DNA of 64,000 bases, taken from positions 40,860,001-40,924,000 of the forward strand of contig NC_045696.1 of the NCBI RefSeq assembly GCF_009834535.1, given 5' to 3'. The DNA comes from Camelus ferus (Eukaryota). Made by a program: the position numbers and the translations under genes. This document shows positions 45,035 through 60,000 of this stretch, piece by piece; positions within the stretch are counted from its first letter, which is position 1, and every line of letters starts with the position of its first letter. The notes under the pieces are model-generated. The model ran no database searches and had not been told where the DNA came from. It saw only the letters and a program-made list of their open reading frames with translations.

Positions 45035-48000
45035 GTAAGTAGCGTGGCAGCTCGAGCTCGGGCCGGAGGGGTGGCTTCAGGCGCGGCGCCGAAGGACGGT
45101 CACGTCGGTTCGGCCCCTCGCCTCCGTCCCGTGGCCTTCCCTGACCTGGTGTCCCTGGGGCTGGAGGCCCGAGCGGCGAGGGTGGAGGGCGCGGGCGAGG
45201 CAGCCGGGAGGAGGCCGCGGAGCGCAGCCGGGCGCACTCCCGGGGATCCCGGGCTTCCGGGCGGGCCGACGGGGCCGCGGGAGCATCGGGCCTGCGTGCC
45301 GGAAGGGCCTTCGCGTTGCTCCCCACTGGGCTCGTGTGACACGTCAGGCAATGACTCCAGATGAGTTCTGGGCCCACCTGTTCCTAATCCACCTGCATGG
45401 GAATTCAAATGCAAATAATACACTCTTCCTGTTGTCTTCCCTGTTCCCTACCGCCACTCCCCTACCACCACCCGAAGACTATGCACTGAGTAATTATCAT
45501 TTTTTCCTAAGTGTGAGAGTCTGCCCTGTGAGATTCTTGGAGATTGTTGTTAGGTTTTAGATTGGTTTTTGAACTTGGGTTTTGCAAAGGCATCCACCCT
45601 GATTGTGGTTTGAGACCTGTCATGTGAAAATTAAGCACTGTTTTCTTTGATTTGGGCTTGTGTGGTAAGAGGACTGGTTAATTTACTCCACAGTGCACCC
45701 CCCTCACACTCATTGGAGAATGCCCTCTTCTCCTGAACAAAAAGCTGGGCAAGTTTTGTCTCCATCAGGACCTTGAGCTTTCAGGTTAGGTATTACATGT
45801 TACTTATGCTCCTCCATTCTGGATCAGCCCTAGGGACGAGTTTCTAGCTGTGTTTGTTTCCAGGCCTTTGCCCGGATTCTTTTACATGAGGCAGTGGAGT
45901 GCTCTGGACTCAAAGTCTGGAAACCTGGATTATTACAGTTTTGGCTCAGCCCATGTCAACAAGTCATTTAATCTCTCTGGACCTCAGTTTCCTCTCCTGT
46001 AAAATGAACACCTTCCAAGGTCTAATGAAGTTCCCTGGAGGTGCTAAGGTGTGTGGAAGGTGCTGTTTTCCATTTCAGCCTCCTGGAGCACAGGGCAAGT
46101 TGGTTGCTGGATGAACCTTCAGGATCTGGGTATAGAAGTCCTTTTACAGTCCTCCCTCTGAATGTGCTGTATCTTTCAGGAGATGCTGATAGACTTGAGA
46201 GCTGTGGTTCTTGATGTAGTTTAGGGTGATGTTGATCTGACTCCCTTGAGGAGTGTTTTTAAATGACATAACCTTCCCCCACCTACCCAAAAACAAACGG
46301 TGCCTGTTCTGTCCGCAGTCCAGATTTTGGCTTGATTGTTGCTGTACCGCTTACTTTGTTAACTGGCCTCATACAGCTTTCCCCCTGCAAGCTTCTTTTT
46401 CCTCATCTGCAGAGTACTGTTTACACTACCTTACAGATGCTTATATATGTAAAGGACCTGCACATTCCTTATGCTGTTTTTATGTTGGTCCCTTCACTGA
46501 AGATAGTCTGTCCTTTTTTTTCCCCTTGGTAAGTCCTTGATTGTTAGATTACAATGAATATTAGGGCAGCCAGGGACCTGAAAAGTCATTGTATTTTCAT
46601 TTTACAGCTGAGGAGCTGAATGACTGGTTATCTCGTCCTCAGCATCGAGGAACTCCCCAGTGGTGGAATTTCCCTGCCTTGGCCCCTCTGGAGTGGGTGC
46701 TTTGCAGAATGTCAGGCAGTCAAGCCTGGTTCAGGACAGCAGCCTTTCTGGGTAGGATGGGGGACAGTGGAGGCCATCGGCATAGCTGTGGTGGACTTCG
46801 TCTTTCCCTCCCTTTAGAAGCAGAGACAAAGCCCGGTTTCTGAGTTACAGTGGAGACCTTCAGTGGGTCTGTGTGACATTCTGGTGACAGCTCAGGCTGT
46901 CTCTGTGCCCCAGAGTAACCCCAGCCTTTGTTTCCTGTTTGGTTTTCATCCAGATTTGGAAACTATTTGACAAGCTGCATTCAGGGTTAAACTTAGTTCT
47001 TCTCAGTATATTTAGGAGAAACTGAGGAATGGAACATCTATGTTTTCCTACTTTTAGGGTTAACCCTGAGCCAGACCTTCTTCAAAGGCCAGGGTCTGTC
47101 AGTGCTGCCTCGCTTGGGACATTTTTATTGTGACAGGAAACACCCAGAGAAGAGAACTCACCGATGGTGGGACTTCAGACTCCAGAGCAGAGGTGGGGTG
47201 GGGAAGCCAGGGCCGGCCATTACTAATAATTCCTGGAGTTTTGCAGAACTTTGTGGGTTACAACGTGCTTTGGATCCTTTAATGTAGCCTTTTGTCAGAC
47301 TGTGGGCAAAAACTGTGTGTCAGTCAGCGTCCAGGCAGGACTCAGAAACAAACCACCTGAATAGGAAAAGTTTTATATAAAATATGATTGACCAGTAAAG
47401 GTGATTACTAAAAGACCTAAAAAGAGAACTCCGAAGAATACAGGAAAAGCACACGTAGGGTGTGGCCACTACCTCAAGGAGGAGCCCCTGACCTTCTCAC
47501 GAGGCCGGCAGCAGATCTTGTTGGCAAGGCTGGCTGCATAATTTGTGGTACCGTCTCCAATGACAATGTTCAGACAGCAGGAGAAAGTGCTGTTGGCTCT
47601 TCCTTCTGCAGTGTCTTTTCCACCTCTCCTGTGTTTCTTTATTTGCTCCTTAATGTTATGCGCTTTGGGCACGGGAGTATTTATGGGGTGAGTACAGACC
47701 CTCACCGGTGCCCAGGAGCCCTGCCCCCGACTGGGCACACGTGCAGCCCACTGGCTGCCAGGCATCCCATTCGCCAGCAGCTGGACTGATGCCCCGTGTC
47801 CCCGCCAGTGATGGGGAGTTGAGACAGGCATCTCCCCTTCCCATGGGCCTGCTGCCCCAACTCAGCTCATGGCGGGGTGAGACTTCCGAAGGGGTTTCGC
47901 CTTCTGCGCTGGGACGCGCTCAGCACCTGGATTGGGGGAAGACTGGAGGCCTAAGATCAAATAGTGAGGGGCAGCCCCCTATTCAAACCCAGTCTTCTTT

Positions 48001-51000
48001 CTTCCAGCCACGTTCTCATTTGTAAGGGAGAAGCTGCCCCTGCCGACTTCTGAGTCTCGTGCCTGGACTGGGCTCTGCCCCCGGACGTTGCTCTGTCTCA
48101 GGGCTCCTCGGCCTCCGTGTCACTGACATTTTGGCTGGATAACTGTTGTGAGGGACGTGCACTGTGGCATGTCTGGCAGTGTCCCTGACCCCTCCCCGTT
48201 CGATGCCAGTCGCACCCTACCTGCCATGACCATCAACAGTGTCTCCAGACATCACCTGCCCTCTGTGGAGAAGTGCTACTCTGTCTGATTCAGCATCAGA
48301 TCTTCTGACAGCTGTTTTCTTTATCCTCATCCTCAGCTTTCCGCTTGGCCCTCATCCAGCTTCACGTTTCTCCCATCAAATCGGATAACCTCACTCGAGC
48401 TTGTGGCCTTATCCGGGAGGCAGCAAAGCAAGGAGCCAAGATAGTTTCTCTGCCAGTAAGTATGGGAGCAGCCACCCTTTTCTGGGAACTGTTGTCCCAG
48501 CAGAATACTGTCTGCTAGATCTGCTTGTCCTCCTGTTTCCGGGGTCCAGCAAGGTCCTTTGGGGCCCTAGGATTGTTCCATGTTTGTCTGGAAGATGACC
48601 CTAGTGAGGGTCTTTGTGACAGGACGTGCCAGCATGGTTATGGGTCTAACTTGACTGGGTTCAGAAACCTGGTAGGTTGAGGGACTTACCTCAGGGCCTC
48701 GGATACTTAACCTTCTTTCCTTGTGTAATTAAGTCTTTGCAGGACCAGGACTATTGATTTTACCACTAAACCGCCAACATTATAAAAAAAATTTATTGAA
48801 AACTGAATATTGTTAGATACATACAGGAAGCCTGTGGTATCTTCCAAAATGTGGTAGCCTGTAGTGAGCCAGTAGGACGCAGCCTCTGTTTCCCAGGTGA
48901 TTTCTTTTAGAACAGAATCAGCTGAAGATGGCACCACGTCGGTTTGTCAGCAGGTACAGGGTCGGCCCCAGCGGAGGTCCTGCACGTGCAGGGACATGCA
49001 TCTCCTGGCATCTTCTACTGGCAGAGGCCACTGGGGTCAGTGGTGGAACTCTTCCAGACCGTCCGCTGCCTCACTCTGCCTTCCCCTCTACGGAGAGGAG
49101 GCAGCCCTTTGCAAACTGGGAGAATTTTCAGGGCCACCTTGTACTTTAGGCTCATGCTGTCACAGGTGTGGCCAGTGAGTCGGACTCTAACAAGGGAGCT
49201 CGAGATCTTAACGTTGCTCCAGTCGTGGGATTCACCTGTACACGTACCCTGATCACGGTCTCTTGTTGGTTTAAGGTGCTGGGGGTCGGAGTCTACAGGC
49301 CGGGAGTGAAAGCACTTGAATTCTGCATGTGTCCCCTCTACCTAACATGTGTCTTGTACCAGCTGGCGATCCTTGGCCTTGAGTTTGCTAGCGTAGTGCC
49401 TGGTGTGCAGGCATCTCAGTAAATGAGACACGAATGAACTAGAGTCGAAACCTAGTAGTTTTGCTTTTCTTTTATCAGAGAGCTGTTGAAGACACACATT
49501 CTGGGGAACTGAGATTTTGCAGGATCAGGATGATGGTGCTGGAAGGGAGCTTAGAAACAGCTTTTTATACATGAGGAAACGTCTTAACCTCTGTGGCTTT
49601 CAGAGCTTCTGTATTTTTTAAAAACACAGGCTTTATTGCTTTACATAGTTACCAGTATAATTTTGAGACGATAGATTCATCCTAACACTCAGAATCCTCT
49701 GAGTAAGCCTAGTGGTACTGGGGTCCTGGTGCCCAAGGTTGGGCACGCATAGTTCCCCTAGGATGTGAGGGAGGGGCAGGTCCGGCCTCTGCCGGGGTGA
49801 CCGGGTCTAGGGGGACGCTGACCTGTCTCCTCCAGCCCCGGACCACGACTGAGTCCTGTCTGTGGCCGCGGTCTCTTTAGCCCCAAGGTGTCAGATGCTG
49901 TGTTTCACCTCTTTGAGAGCTGTGTCTTTTTACAGCAGAACTTTAAAATGAGTTGGATGTTATGGTGTTTTTTCCCCCTTTTTCTCTGCCACTGTTATTC
50001 TAGGAATGCTTTAATTCTCCATATGGCACAAAATATTTTCCTGAATATGCAGAGAAAATTCCTGGTGACTCCACACAGAAGCTTTCTGAAGTAGCAAAGG
50101 AGTGCAGCGTGTTTGTCATTGGAGGTAACTTCCTACCCTCAAGGTATAATGGCCTAAGGGTTAAAAACATCTGAATAACTTCTGTTGTTACATTCAAGTC
50201 ATGGAATACAAATTAGCCATTAAAAACAATAAAGTAGATCTTTATGTAGTAATGTGGAAAGATCTTCAAGATACACTGTTAAGTGGAAAAAGAGCAGGTT
50301 TAATATGAAACAAACAGGTACTCCTATACAGGTTAATGCTCCACATAAAACAAGATTATATATTTTTGTATGTAATGATGCATGTAAGACATAGTAAATA
50401 TTGTAGAAAGACACACAACAAACTGATAATGATGATTTCCTGGAGAAGGAGTTGGGAGTGCAGGGGTAGGTGGAGACGTGGAAAGAAAAGCCATATCTGA
50501 ATGTCTTTCATTAATATGGTGTTAAGAATATTTTTTTTCCCCATAAAGAGACCACATACATCTAAGGTAGCTTAGAGTATTAACTCTTGGTGGAATAAGT
50601 CAGAGAAAGATATACTGTATGCTGTCACTTACACGTGGAATCTAAAAAATTGAAAACAAAGGAATGTATGTGACAAACAGACTCATACATACAGAGAACA
50701 AACTAGCATTATCAGTGGGGAGAGGGAAGGGGGAGGGACAAGACAGGGATGGGGATTAGAAGATGCAAAATCTTATGCATAAAGTAAATAAGCAACAAGG
50801 ATATATTGTACAACATAGAGGAATATGGCGCCATTATTTTGTAATAACTTTAAATGGAGTACAGTCTATAAAAATTATTGAATCACTATGTTGTACATCT
50901 GAAACTAATATAATATGCAAATCAATTATACTTCAGTTTTAAAAAGTAGCTTTATTTATGTGGTTTTGCTTAAATAAAAAATGTTCTATTTAATTAAATA

Positions 51001-54000
51001 AAAAATCAATACAATAAAATGATTTAATAAAAATATAGCAAACAATTATTTCTGTATTATGACACAGTAAGAATTAGAAATGAATAAAAGTTGGAGAAAA
51101 GAAGGCAAAGCAAGAAGAGATAGAACTGCAGGCCCATATTCAGTGATGGAGAGACTGGGTTATATTCCTACTTCAAGGCCTCTTTGGATACACTTATGTG
51201 GCAGGACCTGGTGAATTTAAGTTGAGCAACAGCGAATTCTCATGTTGTGCCAATGCTCCAGATTAAGTATTGCTCAAGATCAAATGTGAATTCAGAAACG
51301 TTGTGGTTATTTTTGAAACCTGTCTTTGGCATCTGACCTAACTGCATTTCATCTGCACTCTGAAGTTTATCTGTGAAAAATCATATTCCAGAAGAAAAAA
51401 ACCCACAATTAAGTGGAATATTAGAAGATAATATTCTTTATTGTTGGACCCAAGAAGATAGTAAACTTTATTGAGCTTTCTTGCTGTTATCATCACAGTG
51501 CTTTACTCAGAATATTTCCTATGCCTGTGTGTTCTGCTCTCAATGAAAGGTTCCATCCCGGAGGAGGATGCCGGGAGATTATATAACACCTGTGCAGTGT
51601 TTGGGCCTGATGGAACTTTACTGGTAAAGCACAGAAAGGTAAGTAGAGACGGTGGCAAGTCTCATTGCCTTTGGAGAATTTGCTCTGAAGCCCCCAGTCC
51701 CTCTCATCATATTGTATACACATCAGGCATTTGACTAGTTGGCACAGGTGGCTGTTCTTGGCTGTTATCATTTTGATATAAATTGTAGACTCAGCCTGTT
51801 AGTTTCAGGTAAGGAAAAACCTGTAGGGATCTTGATTAGGATGGTACTGAACATACAGTGATCACTTTGGAGAGTTGACATCTTTGCCGTAGTAGTACAC
51901 GCATATACATTTAGGATTGTTAAGTCTTCTTGGTAAACTGGTCCTTTTATCATTATGATATGTCTTTTTTTTTTTTCTTGTAGTACTCTGTCTTGAAGTT
52001 TATCTCTGATATTACTGTAGCCACTCTAGGCTTCGTATACTTACTGTTCGTATGATATATCTTTTTCTAATCTTTTGTTTTCAGTCTATATGTGTCTTTA
52101 TATTTAAAATGATTCTCTTGCAGACAGCATATAGCTGGGTTTTGAAGTTTTATTCATTCTGACAATCTCTGCCTTTTAATTGGAGTGGTTACTCTATTTA
52201 TATTTAATGTAATTATTGATATGATTGGATTTTAAGCATATAGGCATTTAATTATTTTTTTGCTTTGTTCCTCTTTTCAGCATTCTTTTGGATAGAGTAT
52301 TAGTTTGCCTTTTTTTTTTTTTTAATTTGTTGGCTTGGGGATTACAATATGCACACTTACCTTGTTGCAGTCTCCTCAGAGTGAAGATTACACTACTTCA
52401 TGTGAAATTTAAGAAACTTGCAATCATATAGGCCCATTCTTTATGCTATGGTTAGCATACATATTGCATTTATATACATTATACATCCCACAAAACACTA
52501 ATTTTTAATTTAAGTAGTCATGTGTATTTTAAATTGAGAGAAATATTTTATGTTTACCCAAATATTTACCATTTCAGATATTTTTCTTTTCTTCCTGAAG
52601 AGCTTAGTTCTGTCTGTTATTGTTGCATTCAAACAGAAAGACCCTCTTTAGAATTGTTGTAGTGAGGATTTGCTAGCTATGAATTCTTTTAGTTTTTATT
52701 TACGGATATATCTTTACTTTGCCTTTATTCTTGAGATACAGTTTGATGGAATAGAATTCTGGGTTGACAGTTTTCTTTTTACCTTGGAAGTTTAAGAGAC
52801 CTTATTCATTATTCAGTCATCTTCTGGCTTCTCCCCCCTCCCCCACCATAAGCACTGGTAATTTGTATTGTTCTCCCACATGCAATTTGTGTTTTTCTCT
52901 GCCTGCTTGCAAGGTCTTTTTGTAAGCTTTAGTTCTCAGCGTTTTGACTCTTATATTCCTACCTATGATTTTCTTTGTATTTGTCATGCTTTGTGTTTCT
53001 TGAGTCTGTAAATTTAAGTGTTTCATTGTATGTAGGAAACTTGGGAGCATTATTTTGTTAAATATTTTTCTGTCCCAGTGACTCCAGTTTTGATACTGTT
53101 CACCAAACTAGGTCACTAAAGCTGGTTTTTATTTTTGTTTTTCAACCTTTTATCTTTGTCTTCTTCAGACTGGACATTTTCCATTGATCTATTTTAAGGT
53201 TCACCAAGTCTTTCTTCTGTAATCTCCAATCTCCTGTAAACCAAACCAGTGAAATGTTTTAAAATTTCAGCTATTGTATTTTTCATTTCTAAAACTTTCA
53301 TTTTGTTCTTTTTTGTAGCTTTTATTCTCTACTGATATTTCCTATTGTTTATTCATTAAGAGCATATTTTTCCTTACACTCTTGAGCTTGGTTTCACTAG
53401 CTGCCTTAAAGTCTTTGGTAAGTATCACATCTGGGTCTTGTTGGGGTCTGCTCCATTGCTGCCTTTTCTTTACATTTTAGGTCTAGATTTAGATTTCTTT
53501 TAGATGTTTGTGTGTCTAGTAATTTTGAGTTGTATTTTATTGAGATTCTAGCTGCCATTACATACCTCTGAAAAGTGTTGAACTCTTTGTTTTAGCAAGT
53601 AGTTAATTTGGGCATACTCAAACACCAAACTCTTTCCTTTGTGAAGTGGGCAGCAACTTCAGCTGCTCTGTTCTGTTGTAAAATTATGTAGCGTCTGCTG
53701 GGCTGCTTGGAGTCTGCCTCACGCATCTTTAGTTCATTGGTTAGCCAGAAATCTGGACAGATTTTATATGTAAAATATTAGTTGTTGTTCTTTGGCTTTC
53801 TCCCTTTCAGGATTTCCTCCTCTCTTTACAGCTGCCGTGAACTCCAACCTCTGGTTCCTCAGCTAGTGTGATTGTGGGTAGCTGTCACCACCACTTGGAG
53901 CAACAGCCGGGGCCTTGTTTCCAACTAAAAGCTGTAGATAAATGGGAAACTCAGCCAGTGCCATTCCCTTCTTCCACGTGTTGACTTCTCTTTTTCTGTG

Positions 54001-57000
54001 ATTTTAATTTTTCTCAAGTGTCTTTAAATAGTTTTTTATTTTGTCCAGAGTGCACAGTTATCTGTGAGAAAGCTGGTCTGATAGGAGCCACTCTGCCGTT
54101 ACTGAAAGAAGACCCAACATTGAGCTATTAACCCAGCTCTTATGTTTTGAAAAGTGCATGCTTTCAGGATTGAGTTTTCCAGCCCATGAATATGAGATAC
54201 ATAGATAGTTATAAAATCTCCATTTATTTAGGCTTTCTTTAATTTCTCTCAAATTTTTAAAATAATTTTTGGGTAAAGTCTTGTATATCATTTGCTAGAT
54301 TTATTCCTAATTGGTGTTTCTTGATGCCCTTCTAGCCTCTGTTTCTTGCTAGTATATAATAATACAACTAATTTAAAAAATATTGACCTTGTATATAGTA
54401 CCCTTGCCAAACTCATTCATTCTAATAATTTACCTGTAGATTTCCGTTGACATTTCTTAGGTACACAGTTATATCATCTGAGAATAATAGTTCACTTTCT
54501 TTCTACTCCTTGTACTTTTTATTCCTTTCTTTTGCTTTGTTGCTTTGGGTAGGACCTCTGGTACAGTGTTGAATAGCAGGTGTCCTTACCTTGTCTCTGA
54601 TCTCAATAGGAGAAGGGTTTTAATATTTCATCACTAAATATGATGTTTCTTTAGGGTTTTTGGCAGATATTCTTTATCAGATTAAGGGGGTTCCCTTCCT
54701 TGAAGAGATTTTCTCTTTCGTTTTTTATAAATAAGAATGGATGTAGAACTTTACCAGATTCCCATTATGCACCTCTTATGGTGATCATGTGATTTTTCTC
54801 CTTTTTTAGTGTGGTAAATTACGTTGTTTTCTCATGTTAAATCACATTTGCTTTCCTTGAATAAATTGAATTTGGGAGTGATGTGTTACTTTTTATATGT
54901 ATTGCTGCATTTGGTTTGTAAAATTTTACCTATTTTTGATCACTCACTCACTCTTCACCTCTCCTGCCAATGTGTCAGTGTGATTCTGATTCTGAGAAAT
55001 CTTCATTTAGCTTTTATACCAACTAAAAAAGCAACACATTAATTGTTTTCCATAAGAAACTTAGATGTTGATTTGCGCACCACTGAGGAAAGGAGGGGTC
55101 ATAAAACCTACAGCATTATTTTTTCCAGTTCCCTGTGTTAGAGTTTGTTTTGATACGATGACGGTCAGCTTGCGGACTGGGTTATGGGCAGGCCGGGGTG
55201 CTGCTTATCCAGTTGGCACCCCCACCGCTGGCTGTGGAAGGACGTTTGTTGTTACTGCCACACCCCCTGCTGGAAAGGAGGTAACCAAATCCATTATTTG
55301 TGCTGCAGCTCCATCTGTTTGACATTGATGTTCCTGGGAAAATCACATTTCAAGAATCTAAAACACTGAGTCCTGGTGATAGTTTCTCCACATTTGATAC
55401 TCGTACGTACAAGATAAGTTCACCCCTTTTAGCAGTCCCACTGGAAGAAGATCAGGTGTTCCTTTGCTCTTCTCTTCTGTCCCTCCCCAACTTTTTTATA
55501 AAACCTGACTGAAGACCAGAAGTGAGAAGGGCAGCGGATGGCCAGAGATCTAGAAAGGGTGGACTGAATGGAGAGCCAAGGGTTTGACATGATTTTGCCC
55601 TCCATTTTGGTCATAGCCTTTTATTAGTATGTCAGTGTCCAGCCCGTACCTGTTCAGTGGTGGTTGAACACCTCCCATTTAGATAAGAGGTATTCAATTG
55701 GAACGAATTTCTCATCTCTGCTCTGCTGACGTAAATGGCCTCTTCATGAGCTAAAGTCCAAGCAGGAATAAGCTTATGAATTTTCTCTGTCCGCGGGCCC
55801 TGCGTCGATGTATTCCCGCCAGTATTTTGTGCTCATTAGGTCATGGAGGCTTGCTCCTGCTGCCCCAGGCTGCAGGGGGTTAACATTTTGTTTGTACCTT
55901 TTCTGTTTGGAAAACAGCTTACTGCAGAGTGGGCCTCGGCATCTGCTACGACCTCCGCTTTGCAGAGCTGGCACAAATCTACGCGCAGAGAGGTGAGGCA
56001 GCATGACGGTCATGTGGGTGATGGGAGGCTCGGTTTGGGCTGGTCATGTGGGTGGAGGGAGCCTTTGGTCAGGAAACCTGGAGGAGAGGTCTTAATTCTC
56101 TCTGCCCCATCTGGCTTCTCAGACTTCTGCTGCGTTTGGGTAATACAGTTTTTCAGAGATTGTAATTTAATACACTACACAGCTAAGACAGGAGCTGTGC
56201 TTCTAAACTAAACATCTGCTCTACCTTCAAGCCCTTCCTGCTACTGTGTTTGGAAAGAGTCATTCGGGGCCCGACAGAAATGGCTTATGTGCTCATGGCT
56301 TAACCTACTCACTGGTCCTAGATGATGGGTGCAGTAGGGATGTAGTCAGTGACATCTGGTCCAGGTAAAGCGTGTCCTGCCATCTTGGAGAAGCACCGAG
56401 CCAGAGCAGATCTGGGTTCTGATTCCATCTCTTCCCCTTGATTGGCACAATACTTACGGTAAATTACTTACTCCCTAGAGCAGTGTGGGTCCAGTTTTCT
56501 CATAGAAATGGTGTGAGGATTAAGGAGAGAGCTCATAAACCCCCTCGTATGGTACTCAGCAAATATTAGCTTCCCTCCTAGACTGCTGAAGGTGCTCTGT
56601 TTCCTGTTCATTTGGCACTTAAAGTGCAGTGGGTGCAAATAACTTACTCTGCTCAGCAAAAGGGGGAGGCGCAAGGTCTCTGGTTTGGCAGTCTCAGTTG
56701 AGTCTTAGAGGTAAGCGTTAGAGCACCTGTCCTGCCCCTCATTTCAGTTGAAAAGCATTAAAAACATGGTCCTTGGCTGTCATAGCTGACTGTTTGGTTC
56801 TGAGAGGAATCTGAATGACAGTTTCCCACTTTTTTTAAGAGAAGTCATGTGTTGTGGTTTTGGTTATCAGCACCACTTTTCTTGTGTGTATGTGTTTTGT
56901 GTGTCTCTAAGGAATTTAGAGCCATACTTAATGCTGCCGACACTGTCTGACTTGGCTGCATCTTCTCATGCTTGGGAAAGTTTGAGTTTGGTCCCGGCTG

Positions 57001-60000
57001 GGGAAGGAACAAAGGGAAGGACTAGTGGTGGTTGGATGTCCACCTGCATCCACTCTTCTGTGGCCCTTCTCTCCCCAAGGCTGCCAGCTGTTGGTATATC
57101 CTGGAGCTTTTAATTTGACCACCGGACCAGCTCACTGGGAATTGCTTCAGCGAGGCCGGTAAGAAAGCATCTCAAGAATACCTTCAGGCATTTCAGAGTT
57201 TCTTTGAGGAAGCGTTTCCAGTTTGGTGGAAGTACCAACCTTCCCCATATGGAATGCTGCCCCTAACTCAGGATGCCCCAGCATCCAAATGCACTTCAAA
57301 AAGATGCATCTTTTCATCTTCCAGTCCAAAAGGAGGGCCTCTGCTGTTGGGCACCTTCTCAGAAGCCACAGTACCACCAATCTCATGGATTTTGGGGACT
57401 GTGATTTTTGCATTTCCAAGAGCACTGCATCGAGTGGACAGTGATTTCATATTTCTGTGGTCAGATACGGATTGGTGTTTCTGATAGAGTTGCCAGCAAC
57501 TTTTACAGAGAATTGGAGATCCACAGAATGTATGTGTTCAGAGCCCCAGAAGCCAAGGAAAAGGCAGGGGTTACTTTAGCCTGACAGCCCTAGGGAGAGA
57601 TTTGTGGTCTTCACTCCGCTGACCCTGTGCTGCTCAGATTGGGTGCTAATCCTGCTCCGTCCTCCACAACCTCCTGCTGGCCTTGGTACACCGCCAGGAA
57701 ACCCTTCGTAAGTTCTTCTAACCTCTATGTCCCGAGCACCGCACAGGTATACGAGGCATGTGTCACAGCTGCTGTTTCCTCAGTTCCCTGAGGCTGAGGA
57801 GTGGTGAAGGGCAGGTCACAGAGGTGGGCGTAACGTGGAAGGGAAAAGGAGTGACTGTGCGAAGTGGGTTGTAAACCATGAAATGCTGGTCAGAGATCGC
57901 TTTTTTTCATAAAAGGTTTTTAAAACTGAGGTACTATATACTCAGGGAAATGCGTACTGGTTTTAAGTTTACAGGTCAGGGAATTTTTACTTATGCATTC
58001 ACCTGTGAGCAAGATCAGCATCTGAAACATTCTTCGTGCCTGGAATGTTCCCTTTTGCTCCTTCTCAGTCAGTACTCTTCTCTCTCTGCCCAGAGGTGGT
58101 CCCTCTGCTCACTTCTACAGATGATGGCAATTGGAAGGCATGTGGAAGTGTCTGGCGGGTTGCATGGTGGAGGGTGGGGTGGGGCATGTGACGCCTTGAG
58201 TATTCATGAGTGCTGTCTATCGAGAGCAAGAAACGCTTGGGAGAGACTGGGACAACCTGGCGTGGATCTGCTGATCGAGCCCAGAGGGCTCTGGGTCAGG
58301 TGGCTTGGTGCACCTGGGCTGCCCTCTGAAATTCTTGCCTCATTTGAGATGGTGGGACTGCCGCCACTGGCATGGCAGCGCCCTGCAGCCCTGCAAGGTG
58401 TTTGTCCCAGCGAGGCCATTGCCTTTTCTCTGACACCTCGACTGCCTCCACCAGAGAAGCTTTGCTCTTTTACATGTTACAGGCTGGCTCAGGCCAGGGT
58501 CTCCCACCTGTGGCAGTATCGACATTTTGGACTAGATAATTCTTTCTTGTGGGGGCTGTCCTGTGTGTTGTAGGGTGTTTCGCAGCAGCCCTGGCCTCTA
58601 CCCACTAGGTGCCAATAGCAACCCCCTAGTCATGACAGTCGAAAAGGACTCCAGACGTTGGCAAGTGTCCCCTGCTGGGCAGAACTGCCCCAGTGGGGTG
58701 CTGGCTTATGCAGTAAGATGTTTTTTGAGGAGATGTTCCATGGCTTTGGATATTTCTCTCATCCAAGCCAGCCTGTCCTGTCCTAGTTGTTTTTGTTGTT
58801 CTTGTTGTTGTCTTCCTGTCCTACTTTTTTAAAGTAGGATCTGTACACTTAGGATAGAAAAATGTCACAGATCTATGTAATGTATGATTTACCTTTTTTC
58901 TGTCCATTGACTACAGTGCTGTTGACAATCAAGTGTATGTGGCCACAGCATCTCCTGCCCGGGATGACAAAGCGTCCTATGTCGCCTGGGGACATAGTAC
59001 CGTTGTGACTCCTTGGTGAGTTGGCTAAGCAGGGACAGGCTCAGCAGGAGCTCGAGAGAGATGGCAGTTGGGCAGGTGGGTTGTCTGATTCCTGACTGGC
59101 CCTGCCCCTCCCTCCACCCCCAGACCCCACACGCCTGCCTGGTCTCTTCCTCTCTCTGTGAGAGAAGATTCCACTCTAAAACCATGGAGAGAGAGAGTCC
59201 TGCTCTCCTGGCTGAGTGCTTGGCCTTAGCCCTCTTCTGAGTTTCTATGTGTTTCGTTGTCAATCAAACTTGGAAACAACGTGGCAGTAACAGGTGGGTG
59301 GTTTTAGTAAAAGAAGCTCCCCAAATCTTTGCTTTTGGTTAAAATTTAGACTGGGTCACTGGTTCCAGGACAGGAATGAGTTACAGGGTGAGGATTTTGC
59401 TCCCTGTATAATGATTAGTGGAGAGTGGAGGATGGATTGAATTAGGGGAGCTGTGAGTTTGTCCTCTGTGAGAAAGTAAAGCATTTTATTACTTAGTGAA
59501 ACCAGCATGGAGGTCTGCCCAGTTACATACACAGTCCTATGTTAACAGACACATCTTACCGGCATTTGTACAGTTTACACAGCACTTTCACACACATTAT
59601 CTCAACTTGAACTCTCAGGGACTTATCTTTATTAAACTCAGTTTATAGATGGTAGACTTGACGGTCACAGGATGAAGTGGCTAGAACTAGTGTTTGGATC
59701 CAGCGCTTGAACTCAGAACTTCCATGTATTCCATACCACTTGTTGTGTGTCTGTATGATTACGAACACACACACAGGTAGGTATCGCTACAGTTTCAGGA
59801 TAAATATGCCAGTAACAAGGCTGTGATGGCTTAAGTATCATGGTGGGGTTCCTGAAGGTTCCTCGTCTGACCTTATAGGACCCAAAGATCAAAGCGTGTT
59901 AGGGGGAAGGCCTTGGAAGCTACGACCAGGGAGAGACTCCCAGTGATCCTCTTTTGCATTAGGACCTGGGGGGCACTGAAAGACTGGAAGCACTGATTTG

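Larger units (their letters stand above)
44750..45345 (+). promoter_or_regulatory. CpG-island promoter / exon 1 region of NIT2 with GC boxes and an ETS-like CGGAAG
   Basis: Abrupt CpG-dense stretch; GGGGCGGGG at 44877-44885, GCCCCGCCCAC twice (44898, 44920), GGCGGAAG near 44972; surrounds the NIT2 ATG. Confidence 0.9.

Noticed and set aside
44807..45423. Several overlapping 65-148 aa Arg/Pro/Ala/Gly-rich ORFs on both strands
   Set aside because: Expected stop-codon depletion in a CpG island; only the frame leading into the NIT2 ATG is of interest.
57878..58573. 231-aa ORF in NIT2 intron 7 (longest in the track)
   Set aside because: No recognisable domain, and it runs into a MER20; most likely a chance ORF in GC-richer DNA. 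A BLASTp hit or conserved frame would change this.
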